This document shows positions 45,267-52,229 of a stretch of 64,000 bases of DNA, in pieces. Under the pieces are notes generated by a model. It was not told the DNA's origin. It searched no databases and saw nothing but the letters and a program-made list of their open reading frames with translations. This DNA comes from a virus: the IMG/VR virus record IMGVR_UViG_3300030107_000800, positions 1 to 64,000 of that record. The stretch is one strand, 5' to 3'. Numbering within the stretch: position 1 is the first letter of the stretch; each line of letters starts with the position of its first letter. The position numbers and the translations under genes were made by a program.

Positions 45267-45987
45267 TTTGTTTGATCTCCTTCCAGTGGGCATACATTCT
45301 TCCGAATAACATTCCTTCATGCGATTTGATTGAATCACCCTCAAGAATCTCTCTCTGTCTCTTGTCTAACGTCACATTCATTGAGAGATATTCTTTCTCC
45401 CAGTTCTGTATTTGCTCAACACTGAGTTTCATTGTGTAATAATGATCGTATGATTATTTGTTTGGACATTAAAATGTTTCTGAACATTCATGTTATTGTC
45501 TAGCATGTGTTTTGCTAGATCTTGTAACAGTCTTTCAGTGGCAACTGTCATAGGGATGATGTTACCATGATCGGATTTATCCATCGTCCATTTTGCTTTC
45601 TTCATTGTTAAGTATCAATTTTAGTAAGTATATTGGTATGAGAGCGAGCGAACCGCCGAGCATTGTGAATACTACTATAGAATATAGATCAATTAGATTA
45701 TTTGCCATTATTCCAAGGCATTGTATTACCAGTTTCATTATAAGGAAATAGTTTATGTTCCTTGCGGTAGTGTACTATTTCCATGATGTCATCACGTTTT
45801 GCAATACATTGACGAATTAGATATTCTATCATAAAAGAATTGCACCTATGATGAATCCCTTAGCGAAACTTATACAAACTACTTGATAGTCTGTCCATCC
45901 AAATTTGTCTTGACACTTCTTGATAAGTTTCTTATCCCAAGTAACTATCTTGTCAAATATTTGTGATGCTTTATTACCTAATTTCAT
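45256..45987 (-). CDS. Run of five coupled mini-genes absent from the ORF track: 45829-45987 (52 aa, WDKKLIKK..DKFG.TDYQ...FAKGFIIGAILL), 45698-45832 (44 aa), 45577-45708 (43 aa, TM), 45429-45605 (58 aa), 45256-45432 (58 aa)
   Basis: Manual translation. Consecutive ATGA or short overlaps tile the interval without gaps. Confidence 0.65.
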
Positions 45988-46190
45988 TTCTTTTTAATAT
46001 AATGGTTAATTACTTCTATTTGGTCATGCCATCGAGCGATCTTGTCTATTTCCTGTTGCATTGCTTCAGTAATATCAGGATGCTCACCTATACCAACAGG
46101 ATTATTTAGATATACTTCAATATTGGCAAGGTGCATCTGGATTTCACCATTTGCATGTGCTAGTAGTGCCTTGATTAGTTGTTCTCTCAT
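45984..46190 (-). CDS. Conserved T4-like small protein (probable start 46190; ANIEVYLNNPVGIGEHPDI)
   Basis: GIGEH motif. The longer ORF-track start crosses a divergent promoter region. Confidence 0.78.
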   Translation of the reverse strand: MREQLIKALLAHANGEIQMHLANIEVYLNNPVGIGEHPDITEAMQQEIDKIARWHDQIEVINHYIKKK

Positions 46191-46255
46191 AGTTACAAAT
46201 GATACAATTAAAAATATATAGGTATAAATTTTTGTGTCTATTTCAACACTCTTTA

Positions 46256-46263
46256 TATAAATA
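46256..46263 (+). promoter_or_regulatory. Perfect T4 late promoter TATAAATA on the plus strand
   Basis: ~80 nt upstream of ATG 46346. Confidence 0.75.
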
Positions 46264-46345
46264 ATAGTAGAATTGAGGAAGAGCAAGATGTACCCAAAAC
46301 ACATACATTATGCTGTCCACCGAATACAATTAATGGTTTAATCTC

Positions 46346-46525
46346 ATGCACAATATAATTTCTCAAAATAGAATGGCAAACTGGAATCATCATAGTTACG
46401 ACACTTATGCCGTTAGTCATCAAATGGATGACGAAATGTTAGATGATTACTACGAGTGCCTTATTGAGTGTGAAGATAACCAGTCTAGTTGTAAGAGGAT
46501 ATGTAGAGAATTACTGATAACATAG
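46346..46525 (+). CDS. Small Cys-rich protein (59 aa, MHNIISQNRMANW...DDYYECLIECEDNQSSCKRICRELLIT); the only credible plus-strand gene
   Basis: Manual translation. Has its own late promoter and terminator. CX3C-X6-CX3C motif. Confidence 0.82.
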   Translation: MHNIISQNRMANWNHHSYDTYAVSHQMDDEMLDDYYECLIECEDNQSSCKRICRELLIT

Positions 46526-46550
46526 GCCAAGACAATTAAATAACTGTCAC

Positions 46551-46582
46551 AAGACCTCTGAGAATCCTCTCAGGGGTCTTTT
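46551..46582 (+). terminator. 13-bp hairpin terminator between convergent genes
   Basis: AAGACCTCTGAGA-atcc-TCTCAGGGGTCTT followed by TT. Confidence 0.85.
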
Positions 46583-46588
46583 AATATG

Positions 46589-46840
46589 TTATCTGATAAT
46601 CATAGGGTGATCTTCCCATCCTCGTCCTGTATGGGGAACAGGGATGACTTTAGGAGTAGGTATTTCAATTAAGACTTTAATTCCACTCATTAAAGTATCA
46701 ATGGAATTACTCATCTTACGATAACCAGTACCGACATACAACTGACCTGCGAACACTGATACTGTTGCTGCACCCCAGAATAGATAATAAAATCTACTCT
46801 TTACTTGATGTCTTAGTTTTTCTTTGTTCTTTTTGGTCAT
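46589..46840 (-). CDS. Membrane-anchored cyanophage protein (83 aa)
   Basis: RHQVKSRFYYLFWGAATVSVFAGQLYVGTGYR hydrophobic segment. Confidence 0.75.
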   Translation of the reverse strand: MTKKNKEKLRHQVKSRFYYLFWGAATVSVFAGQLYVGTGYRKMSNSIDTLMSGIKVLIEIPTPKVIPVPHTGRGWEDHPMIIR

Positions 46841-47111
46841 AGTATTTCAATAAGTTAAATTCAGACTCTTGTAATTTGAGTCGTTCAAGGTGCTTTCTTG
46901 CATCAATTATATCCCTGAACCATGCACGATTGAAAGCATCTTTTTTTGTTGGTTCAAGGTAGATAGGGAACATTGTGTAAGGAAAATTCTCTTTGCTCCT
47001 GCAATACTTTGCTTCTATCTTATCATAATTGATTTTACGTTTACGTCCGCTTGTCCTCCGCTTAGTTAATTTCTTTGCATTTTCATCAAAGTTACGCTGA
47101 GTTCTTGCCAT
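46794..47111 (-). CDS. Basic hypothetical protein (105 aa)
   Basis: ORF track, K/R-rich, FPY..FPI.L motif. Confidence 0.72.
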   Translation of the reverse strand: MARTQRNFDENAKKLTKRRTSGRKRKINYDKIEAKYCRSKENFPYTMFPIYLEPTKKDAFNRAWFRDIIDARKHLERLKLQESEFNLLKYYDQKEQRKTKTSSKE

Positions 47112-47247
47112 TTAGTTCATCAATTAATGATCTTAGTTGATTAATTCTTTGAAGTAATATCTCTGACTTCTCATCATCTGACTCGTTAAATGCAGTCATA
47201 TAATCGAGAATCAATGATCTTAGTTCCTCACTCTTTGCATGATTCAT
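47092..47247 (-). CDS. Small helical protein (51 aa, MNHAKSEELRSLILDY...)
   Basis: Manual translation fills the gap. Confidence 0.6.
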   Translation of the reverse strand: MNHAKSEELRSLILDYMTAFNESDDEKSEILLQRINQLRSLIDELNGKNSA

Positions 47248-47473
47248 AGAGTTCTTGGAGTTCATCCTCATTATAGAATAGAGTTGACTCAGTATTTAAT
47301 AGATCTGGGTTCAACCACTCGAACCATTCATCCGCAAAATATAATGCGGAATCTACGCAATCCGTTGCCATTAGTGACTGGAATCGTTCAACAACCCAGT
47401 CACGAAGCACTTCGCGTTGTGCGGAAACTATACTCAATTCCTGCTCATTTACAGTTAGATCTTCATTGTTCAT
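47228..47473 (-). CDS. Acidic hypothetical protein (probable start 47473)
   Basis: ORF track. Confidence 0.7.
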   Translation of the reverse strand: MNNEDLTVNEQELSIVSAQREVLRDWVVERFQSLMATDCVDSALYFADEWFEWLNPDLLNTESTLFYNEDELQELYESCKE

Positions 47474-47633
47474 TGGAAAATTCCACTTTAAGTTTAGCAT
47501 CAGCGAGTGCTGCCACCATTGTCCATGCGGTCTCTCCACTCACCATATTTGTATCACAATAATACTCAATAGTATCCTCAAGTAATTCCTTGATTTCTAC
47601 GAGTTGTGATGCTCTTTCATTAGAAATATTCAT
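47463..47633 (-). CDS. Small protein (56 aa, ...LLEDTIEYYCDTNMVSGETAW...)
   Basis: Manual translation, ATGA coupling. Confidence 0.72.
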   Translation of the reverse strand: MNISNERASQLVEIKELLEDTIEYYCDTNMVSGETAWTMVAALADAKLKVEFSNEQ

Positions 47634-47920
47634 CGTCTTACCAGTGTAAGGTCATTGGTCAAGTGATTGTATGAATAAAATGCCAATTCACTTGGTAATA
47701 CTTCTTCTATTGCTTTACAGAACTCAAGTGTAAAGAAAGACTGGTATCTCCAGAATTTCTTCTCTTCATCTGAGTGTGGTAATGCACTGGTCTTAACTTT
47801 AATAGTATATTGCTTAGAATCCTCTAACTTAATTTCAGATAGAAGTTCCTTAACATGAGCAACAATCATAGGTGCTGCTTTCTGTGCCTTCAATTTAGTA
47901 AGTGATGGAAGATTTTTCAT
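47630..47920 (-). CDS. Hypothetical protein (probable start 47920)
   Basis: Downstream of the sigma70 promoter at 47941-69. Confidence 0.72.
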   Translation of the reverse strand: MKNLPSLTKLKAQKAAPMIVAHVKELLSEIKLEDSKQYTIKVKTSALPHSDEEKKFWRYQSFFTLEFCKAIEEVLPSELAFYSYNHLTNDLTLVRR

Positions 47921-47940
47921 TAAAAAGATGCAATGGGAAT

Positions 47941-47980
47941 AGTATAGCATGAAAAATGGATGCAGTCAAGACTACATCCA
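47941..47980 (-). promoter_or_regulatory. Sigma70 promoter TTGACT-N17-TATACT (TGn extended) whose -35 lies inside a terminator hairpin (47952-47980)
   Basis: TGGATGTAGTC-tt-GACTGCATCCA-TTTTT, agtcaa 47964-69, agtata 47941-46. Confidence 0.8.
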
Positions 47981-47989
47981 CTATTGAAT

Positions 47990-48448
47990 TTATCTCATAT
48001 ATAAATATCCTCCTGACCAGTCACAACTCAGTAAGCAATTCTCTCTTGACTTATCATCAAGTAAGTTGTATCTTACATGTTGTGCTGGTTTTGCCCAACC
48101 TGCTGGTTTGTAAACATCACCAGTGATCTTATCAACAAAAGCATGAACACTACCATCACGATACTCATTACGATTTTGGAATGTATCGTAATCTTGTTGG
48201 ATGATCTTGAAATACTTTCTGCCTGATTGAACTCTGAATCTCATCAAGTTAGCAGTACCATTATCTAATGCTGCTAATTGACCCTTGGCATAATCAGATA
48301 AATCTGTTCTGCCATTTGAGAATCTCTCAACATTGCCCTCAATCATTCTTCTATGGTATCCTTCATACTGTGCTGCTAGTGCATCACATAAGTCATCAAC
48401 ATACTGTCTGACTTGTTCTGTTTTGGAAACGAATAATGTTTTGGACAT
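47990..48448 (-). CDS. Conserved phage early protein (GRKYFKI...SVHAFVDK.TGDVYKPAGW.KPA.HVRYNL family)
   Basis: Recognisable motif, GAGG SD. Single-gene unit with promoter, structured leader and terminator. Confidence 0.82.
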   Translation of the reverse strand: MSKTLFVSKTEQVRQYVDDLCDALAAQYEGYHRRMIEGNVERFSNGRTDLSDYAKGQLAALDNGTANLMRFRVQSGRKYFKIIQQDYDTFQNRNEYRDGSVHAFVDKITGDVYKPAGWAKPAQHVRYNLLDDKSRENCLLSCDWSGGYLYMR

Positions 48449-48467
48449 AAACCTCAATGTATTTTAA

Positions 48468-48557
48468 GTGAGAGAAACAAAATCCCAGATGTCTGACCTA
48501 TGCTAACTTGTTTACCAAGTCTAATTAAGATCTCAGGGATGGGATTTCGTTTCCCAT
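48468..48557 (-). ncRNA. Candidate structured 5' leader RNA (~90 nt)
   Basis: 15-bp closing stem GGGAAACGAAAUCCC / GGGAUUUUGUUUCUC with two G-U pairs, beginning at the predicted TSS. Inner GACUUG-GUAAA-CAAGUU hairpin. Confidence 0.6.
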
Positions 48558-48563
48558 ATTCTT

Positions 48564-48621
48564 ATTATACATCAGTTGAGGATGTTGTCTCTGTGGCCTG
48601 TGCCACTTTCTCAACTGGTTT
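48564..48621 (-). promoter_or_regulatory. Early promoter, class B (-10 TATAAT, palindrome 31 nt from -10)
   Basis: attata 48564-69, gtgccactttctcaactggttt 48600-21, inside the 3' end of the upstream ORF. Confidence 0.8.
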
Positions 48622-48867
48622 TGATTTGCTGCTTTCCTGTGCCTTTGCCTTTATACTATCAATGGTCTTTAATGACCATGAATATACGTTCTTAGCAGTA
48701 GGTACAATAACATCAGTGGTAAATTCATCCCACTCATATAGATGTATCTGCCAACGTACCTTGGCATCTTCAATGTATTCACCTAGACTGATATGTGTTT
48801 CATCAGGTCTATCTGTTGGTGGTTTGTAGAGACTGCCTTTAACTTTTGGTCGTGGTGATTCAGTCAT
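48565..48867 (-). CDS. Hypothetical protein (100 aa), paralogous domain to 41298-41642
   Basis: ISLGEYIEDAKVRWQIHLYE versus ISGDRYLKDIQTRWAIHQFE. Confidence 0.75.
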   Translation of the reverse strand: MTESPRPKVKGSLYKPPTDRPDETHISLGEYIEDAKVRWQIHLYEWDEFTTDVIVPTAKNVYSWSLKTIDSIKAKAQESSKSKPVEKVAQATETTSSTDV

Positions 48868-48885
48868 AGCATTGTATAATATGTA

Positions 48886-49263
48886 CTATTTGGTATTTAT
48901 TCTAACTGGTACATCTATCGTCCAAGAGGGTGATGATAACTTAACCATCTTAAATTGTTTCTTTGCTGCTTCTCTTGCCTTTGCTGCTTTCTCCAGTTGA
49001 TTTAATTCCTTTTCACGACCTGCTTCAGGTTGTATCTCACCATAATGAGTATCCCATATCTCAGGATGTTCGTGATTATCAAAGAACTCTAAGATAGAGG
49101 TATCTACCATGTGATACAATGTATCCCATGTTAATGTTCTTCTTAATTTCTCAGCAATATAATCATTCTGATTAACAGACATTTCTTGCTTAAGAAATTC
49201 ACCTCTATCCCATACGAGTCCATTGAGATCAATGGTAATAGTTACGTTAGAATGAATACTCAT
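48886..49263 (-). CDS. Hypothetical protein (125 aa)
   Basis: ORF track, TAATG coupling. Confidence 0.75.
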   Translation of the reverse strand: MSIHSNVTITIDLNGLVWDRGEFLKQEMSVNQNDYIAEKLRRTLTWDTLYHMVDTSILEFFDNHEHPEIWDTHYGEIQPEAGREKELNQLEKAAKAREAAKKQFKMVKLSSPSWTIDVPVRINTK

Positions 49264-49472
49264 TAGTCGTTAAATCCATTGTGAATACCTTCAATTAAAT
49301 CTGCCTGAGCCCCTAGTTTGGTAACAACAGTACGAGCATTGACACCAAATGCGTCAGCACTTTTCCCAACTGCATTTCCTTTTGATGCCATAATAAGGTC
49401 AATTAGAAAATCACATTCTTTGGCATCTAATCTGTTTTTCATGTCTCTAATAAAACTATTTGTTGTCATCAT
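49263..49472 (-). CDS. Hypothetical protein (probable start 49472 or 49469)
   Basis: GGAGG SD. Confidence 0.7.
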   Translation of the reverse strand: MMTTNSFIRDMKNRLDAKECDFLIDLIMASKGNAVGKSADAFGVNARTVVTKLGAQADLIEGIHNGFND

Positions 49473-49650
49473 CAACCTCCGTAATTTCTGATAGTTTTCT
49501 AAGGATACTTTGACCATCCTTGTCTTCGTCAGGAGTAAACTCTGACCATTGTTGTTCTAAACAATATGCAATGAGATTGAACTCATTTTCATTTAATTTT
49601 ATATGCGAAGCATATAAATTAGGTTCATCAGGAGTAATAATTAATGCCAT
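49456..49650 (-). CDS. Small acidic protein (64 aa)
   Basis: AGGAGG SD. Confidence 0.72.
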   Translation of the reverse strand: MALIITPDEPNLYASHIKLNENEFNLIAYCLEQQWSEFTPDEDKDGQSILRKLSEITEVDDDNK

Positions 49651-49651
49651 T

Positions 49652-49882
49652 TTAAATTCCTCCTTTAATTGTTAATGAACCTCCATGATTCCATGCGTTA
49701 TATAAACATGATTGATGGATAGAAAGAAGATTTTCAAGATTAACACCTTCTAAATCTGTCCACTCTGAAACATAATCAGAACAGTCAAAATCTCCTGTTC
49801 CATCTATATGTTGTGGACATGATCTAAATTCATTATCATTATCTACCCAAAAGATTCGTCCAAAAGATTCACTGTGGAACAT
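49652..49882 (-). CDS. Small acidic protein (76 aa, MFHSESFGRIFWVD...SCPQ..DGTGDF)
   Basis: GAGG SD, directly downstream of the structured RNA. Confidence 0.75.
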   Translation of the reverse strand: MFHSESFGRIFWVDNDNEFRSCPQHIDGTGDFDCSDYVSEWTDLEGVNLENLLSIHQSCLYNAWNHGGSLTIKGGI

Positions 49883-49904
49883 TAGTTGACCTCAAATAAA
49901 AGAA

Positions 49905-50043
49905 ATGTTGAGAGAGTGGGGCATCGACATAGGTTTCACCTATATGCCCAAATTTACCTACTGGGAATCGCTTACACCTGAATACAAGGTCAGGTACTAA
50001 CTCAGTCAATGTTCGGGCAGTAGAACCACATATCCCTCAACAT
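49905..50043 (-). ncRNA. Candidate 139-nt multi-branched structured RNA (leader or sRNA)
   Basis: Terminal stem AUGUUGAGGG/CUCUCAACAU. Internal stems CUACUG/CAGUAG, ACCUGA/UCAGGU and GGGCAU/AUGCCC enclosing AUAGGU-GAA-ACCUAU. Starts at the predicted TSS and has a U-rich tail. Confidence 0.7.
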
Positions 50044-50047
50044 TTAT

Positions 50048-50105
50048 ATAATACATCATTTTGAACCCAATGCTCGTGGCCTTGTGACACTTATTATTCT
50101 GTCCC
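50048..50105 (-). promoter_or_regulatory. Early promoter, class B (-10 TATTAT, palindrome 31 nt from -10)
   Basis: ataata 50048-53, gtgacacttattattctgtccc 50084-105. 18 bp identical to 43687-704. Confidence 0.78.
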
Positions 50106-50384
50106 TAATCTTTCCTCTTTGGTTCTCTTCTTGATAAACTTTAGATTCTTCCAATCCTCCTCGTAACAAAGTAGCAAGGTATGTATCATCTTATGGTGAT
50201 CGTTTTTTGCATACCTACATTTAGGTTTGGGTTTAACACCAGTTTCAATAGTAATATAACGAGGATGTGGTCTCCCTTTAAGATCATGTGAAATTCCTTC
50301 ACACTTAAAATAGACCCATCCCTCATCATAACCATATTCACCCTGATCCCAGACTACATAGTCGTCAACTTCAGGTTCATACAT
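50094..50384 (-). CDS. Conserved cyanophage protein (probable start 50384; YEPEVDDYVVW...EGWVYFK...YITIETGVKPK)
   Basis: ORF track, recognisable motif. Confidence 0.75.
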   Translation of the reverse strand: MYEPEVDDYVVWDQGEYGYDEGWVYFKCEGISHDLKGRPHPRYITIETGVKPKPKCRYAKNDHHKMIHTLLLCYEEDWKNLKFIKKRTKEERLGTE

Positions 50385-50385
50385 G

Positions 50386-50613
50386 TTAATCGTCTGATTT
50401 TTTAATACCAGTGATTTCATCGTAGAACTCGAATGGTTCACGATTCTTGTTGCTTGTTTTAGGAATATTGAATAGATCTCTGAACTCTTTCATTTGATCT
50501 ATCTGGTCTTGTAGTTTGTCTATCTGCCTTTGTAGAATTTCAAAATTTCTTTCATTATTATTCTGCATCATCAAGAAGTTCTTGATTGCTGCTTTAAACT
50601 CATCTTCTTTCAC
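50386..50613 (-). CDS. Coiled-coil small protein (75 aa, GTG start)
   Basis: AGGAGG SD. Confidence 0.72.
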   Translation of the reverse strand: MKEDEFKAAIKNFLMMQNNNERNFEILQRQIDKLQDQIDQMKEFRDLFNIPKTSNKNREPFEFYDEITGIKKSDD

Positions 50614-50625
50614 GTTAAGAACCTC

Positions 50626-51168
50626 CTAATATAATTCGTGTAATTTGTATAAACTGATGAGATCTACGTTAGCGGACACACAATTATTATGTGCTTCCTG
50701 ACTCTCTTGTCTATCTACAATAGTAATTATACGATCAACTTGATATTCAAGTTCCCTGAGTCTTACCACTGCTTGTATTGATGAACTAGCAGTTGTCACT
50801 ACATCTTCAAGGACTGCAATTTTACTACCTTTGGGTGGAAGTTTACCTTCTACCCATTTATTAGTGCCATAACCTTTAGGTTTCTTCCTAACGATTAAGG
50901 CATCTACATTGTTATGATTCTTGCTAAGATATGATGCCATTGATACACCAGTTACTAAAGGATCAGCACCTAATGTTAATCCTGCAACTGCAATCGTATC
51001 AGGTTCTATACATTCTAGCATCAAACATGATGCCATAGATATACCTTCAGCACTTAATGTAACTGGTTTACAGTTTACATAATGTTCGCTATGTTTACCA
51101 GAAGATAATACATAGTTACCTCTTTTATAGGCATATTGTTTTAACAATTCAAGGAAATCTTTCTGCAT
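50626..51168 (-). CDS. pyrE: Orotate phosphoribosyltransferase (auxiliary metabolic gene)
   Basis: LSSGKHSEHYVNCK, GLTLGADP, VRKKPKGYGT, PRPP-binding VLEDVVTT.SS. Confidence 0.95.
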   Translation of the reverse strand: MQKDFLELLKQYAYKRGNYVLSSGKHSEHYVNCKPVTLSAEGISMASCLMLECIEPDTIAVAGLTLGADPLVTGVSMASYLSKNHNNVDALIVRKKPKGYGTNKWVEGKLPPKGSKIAVLEDVVTTASSSIQAVVRLRELEYQVDRIITIVDRQESQEAHNNCVSANVDLISLYKLHELY

Positions 51169-51186
51169 ATTAATAATAACAATTAA

Positions 51187-51312
51187 TTAATATCTTTCAG
51201 GTATTTCATTATACCTATCAGTTCTATTTTCCTTTGATTCTTTACATTTAGTGTCCGAATCTTCAGTTGATTCTTTATACTTAGGGTCAGGATCTTTCGG
51301 TCTAAGTTTCAT
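51187..51312 (-). CDS. Small charged peptide (41 aa, MKLRPKDPDPKY...DRYNEIPERY)
   Basis: Manual translation, ATGA coupling to ho1. Confidence 0.55.
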   Translation of the reverse strand: MKLRPKDPDPKYKESTEDSDTKCKESKENRTDRYNEIPERY

Positions 51313-52007
51313 TTTTCCAATCCTAATTTAGATTTGACAAAATTACATAACAATTTGACAAAAGATTTAGAAGCACTACCTTCTAACTCTTCAAACATAT
51401 ACATATTCAACTTGAATGCATAATTGGCCTCGCGTATGATGAGGTCTACATCATCTTGTCCTACGTCAAGTCCGTCTAAAAGCTGACGGTACACTTTTTT
51501 GTAATTTTTAGAATCTGAGATTTCTGAAAAATCGTAAAAACTCAATCCTTTGCCTTTTTCAGGTTTAAGAGAATTTTCAGCAATGCCTCTAAGTATTTGA
51601 CCTCCAGAGAGGTCACCCAAGTATCGGGTGTAATGATGACCAACCAATAGGTTGGGATCATCTTTTGCAATTTCACGAATCCTGTTAACATACTTCACAC
51701 ATGCCTCTGATTGTTTAATCTCGGTCTCCCAAGATGGGCCATAATAATATGACAGATCCTCCTTGAGTGACTCTTTACGAGGTAACTCTGGTAGATTGAT
51801 CTTACCAACTACAGGATGATCTTTAAGTGCTTCTACCTCTTCCTCCATTGCAGAGTAAACAAAGTAGAAGTTAGCAATTAATTTACGATACTCTTGTGGA
51901 TCTAAGACACCACGAAGAAATGAAGCAACGAACTTGGTGTTCTCTGCTGCTGAGTGAGACTCTTTAGTCCCTTGTTTAATTTGTGCTGCAAAATCTGCGA
52001 CTGCCAT
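51309..52007 (-). CDS. ho1: Ferredoxin-dependent heme oxygenase (auxiliary metabolic gene)
   Basis: GTKESHSAAENT with proximal His, HHYTRYLGDLSGGQIL, EANYAFKLNM. Confidence 0.96.
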   Translation of the reverse strand: MAVADFAAQIKQGTKESHSAAENTKFVASFLRGVLDPQEYRKLIANFYFVYSAMEEEVEALKDHPVVGKINLPELPRKESLKEDLSYYYGPSWETEIKQSEACVKYVNRIREIAKDDPNLLVGHHYTRYLGDLSGGQILRGIAENSLKPEKGKGLSFYDFSEISDSKNYKKVYRQLLDGLDVGQDDVDLIIREANYAFKLNMYMFEELEGSASKSFVKLLCNFVKSKLGLEK

Positions 52008-52009
52008 AA

Positions 52010-52207
52010 TTAATCATCAATATATTTTCTTGGGTTAGACATCCCACGAACATACTCAACTACCTGTTCTCTTAACATCATTAGATCGTCATAACACTCT
52101 TGGTTATGAGCACATCCTCTGAGTCTAGTGTCAGGTTTATATAATGACTCTAATAACAGAGTCCTAGCACGATCCCATGATTCATGTGATTTAGAAGGAG
52201 TGGTCAT
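52010..52207 (-). CDS. Conserved cyanophage small protein (65 aa)
   Basis: LLLESLYKPD.RLRGCAHNQECY motif. Confidence 0.75.
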   Translation of the reverse strand: MTTPSKSHESWDRARTLLLESLYKPDTRLRGCAHNQECYDDLMMLREQVVEYVRGMSNPRKYIDD

Positions 52208-52229
52208 GTGCTTTTAATAGTGTAAGTAT

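Noticed and set aside
46190-46304. N-terminal extension of the 106-aa ORF given in the track
   Set aside because: It crosses an AT-rich divergent promoter region including the plus-strand late promoter. The conserved-looking protein starts at 46190.
46346-46525. CP12 call for the Cys-rich mini-protein
   Set aside because: No AWD.VEEL motif, and the Cys spacing is CX3C-X6-CX3C, not the CP12 CX8C.
49905-50043. tRNA or hammerhead ribozyme
   Set aside because: No T-loop GTTC(G/A)A arm or cloverleaf geometry. CUGA is not followed by NGA, so the hammerhead core is incomplete.
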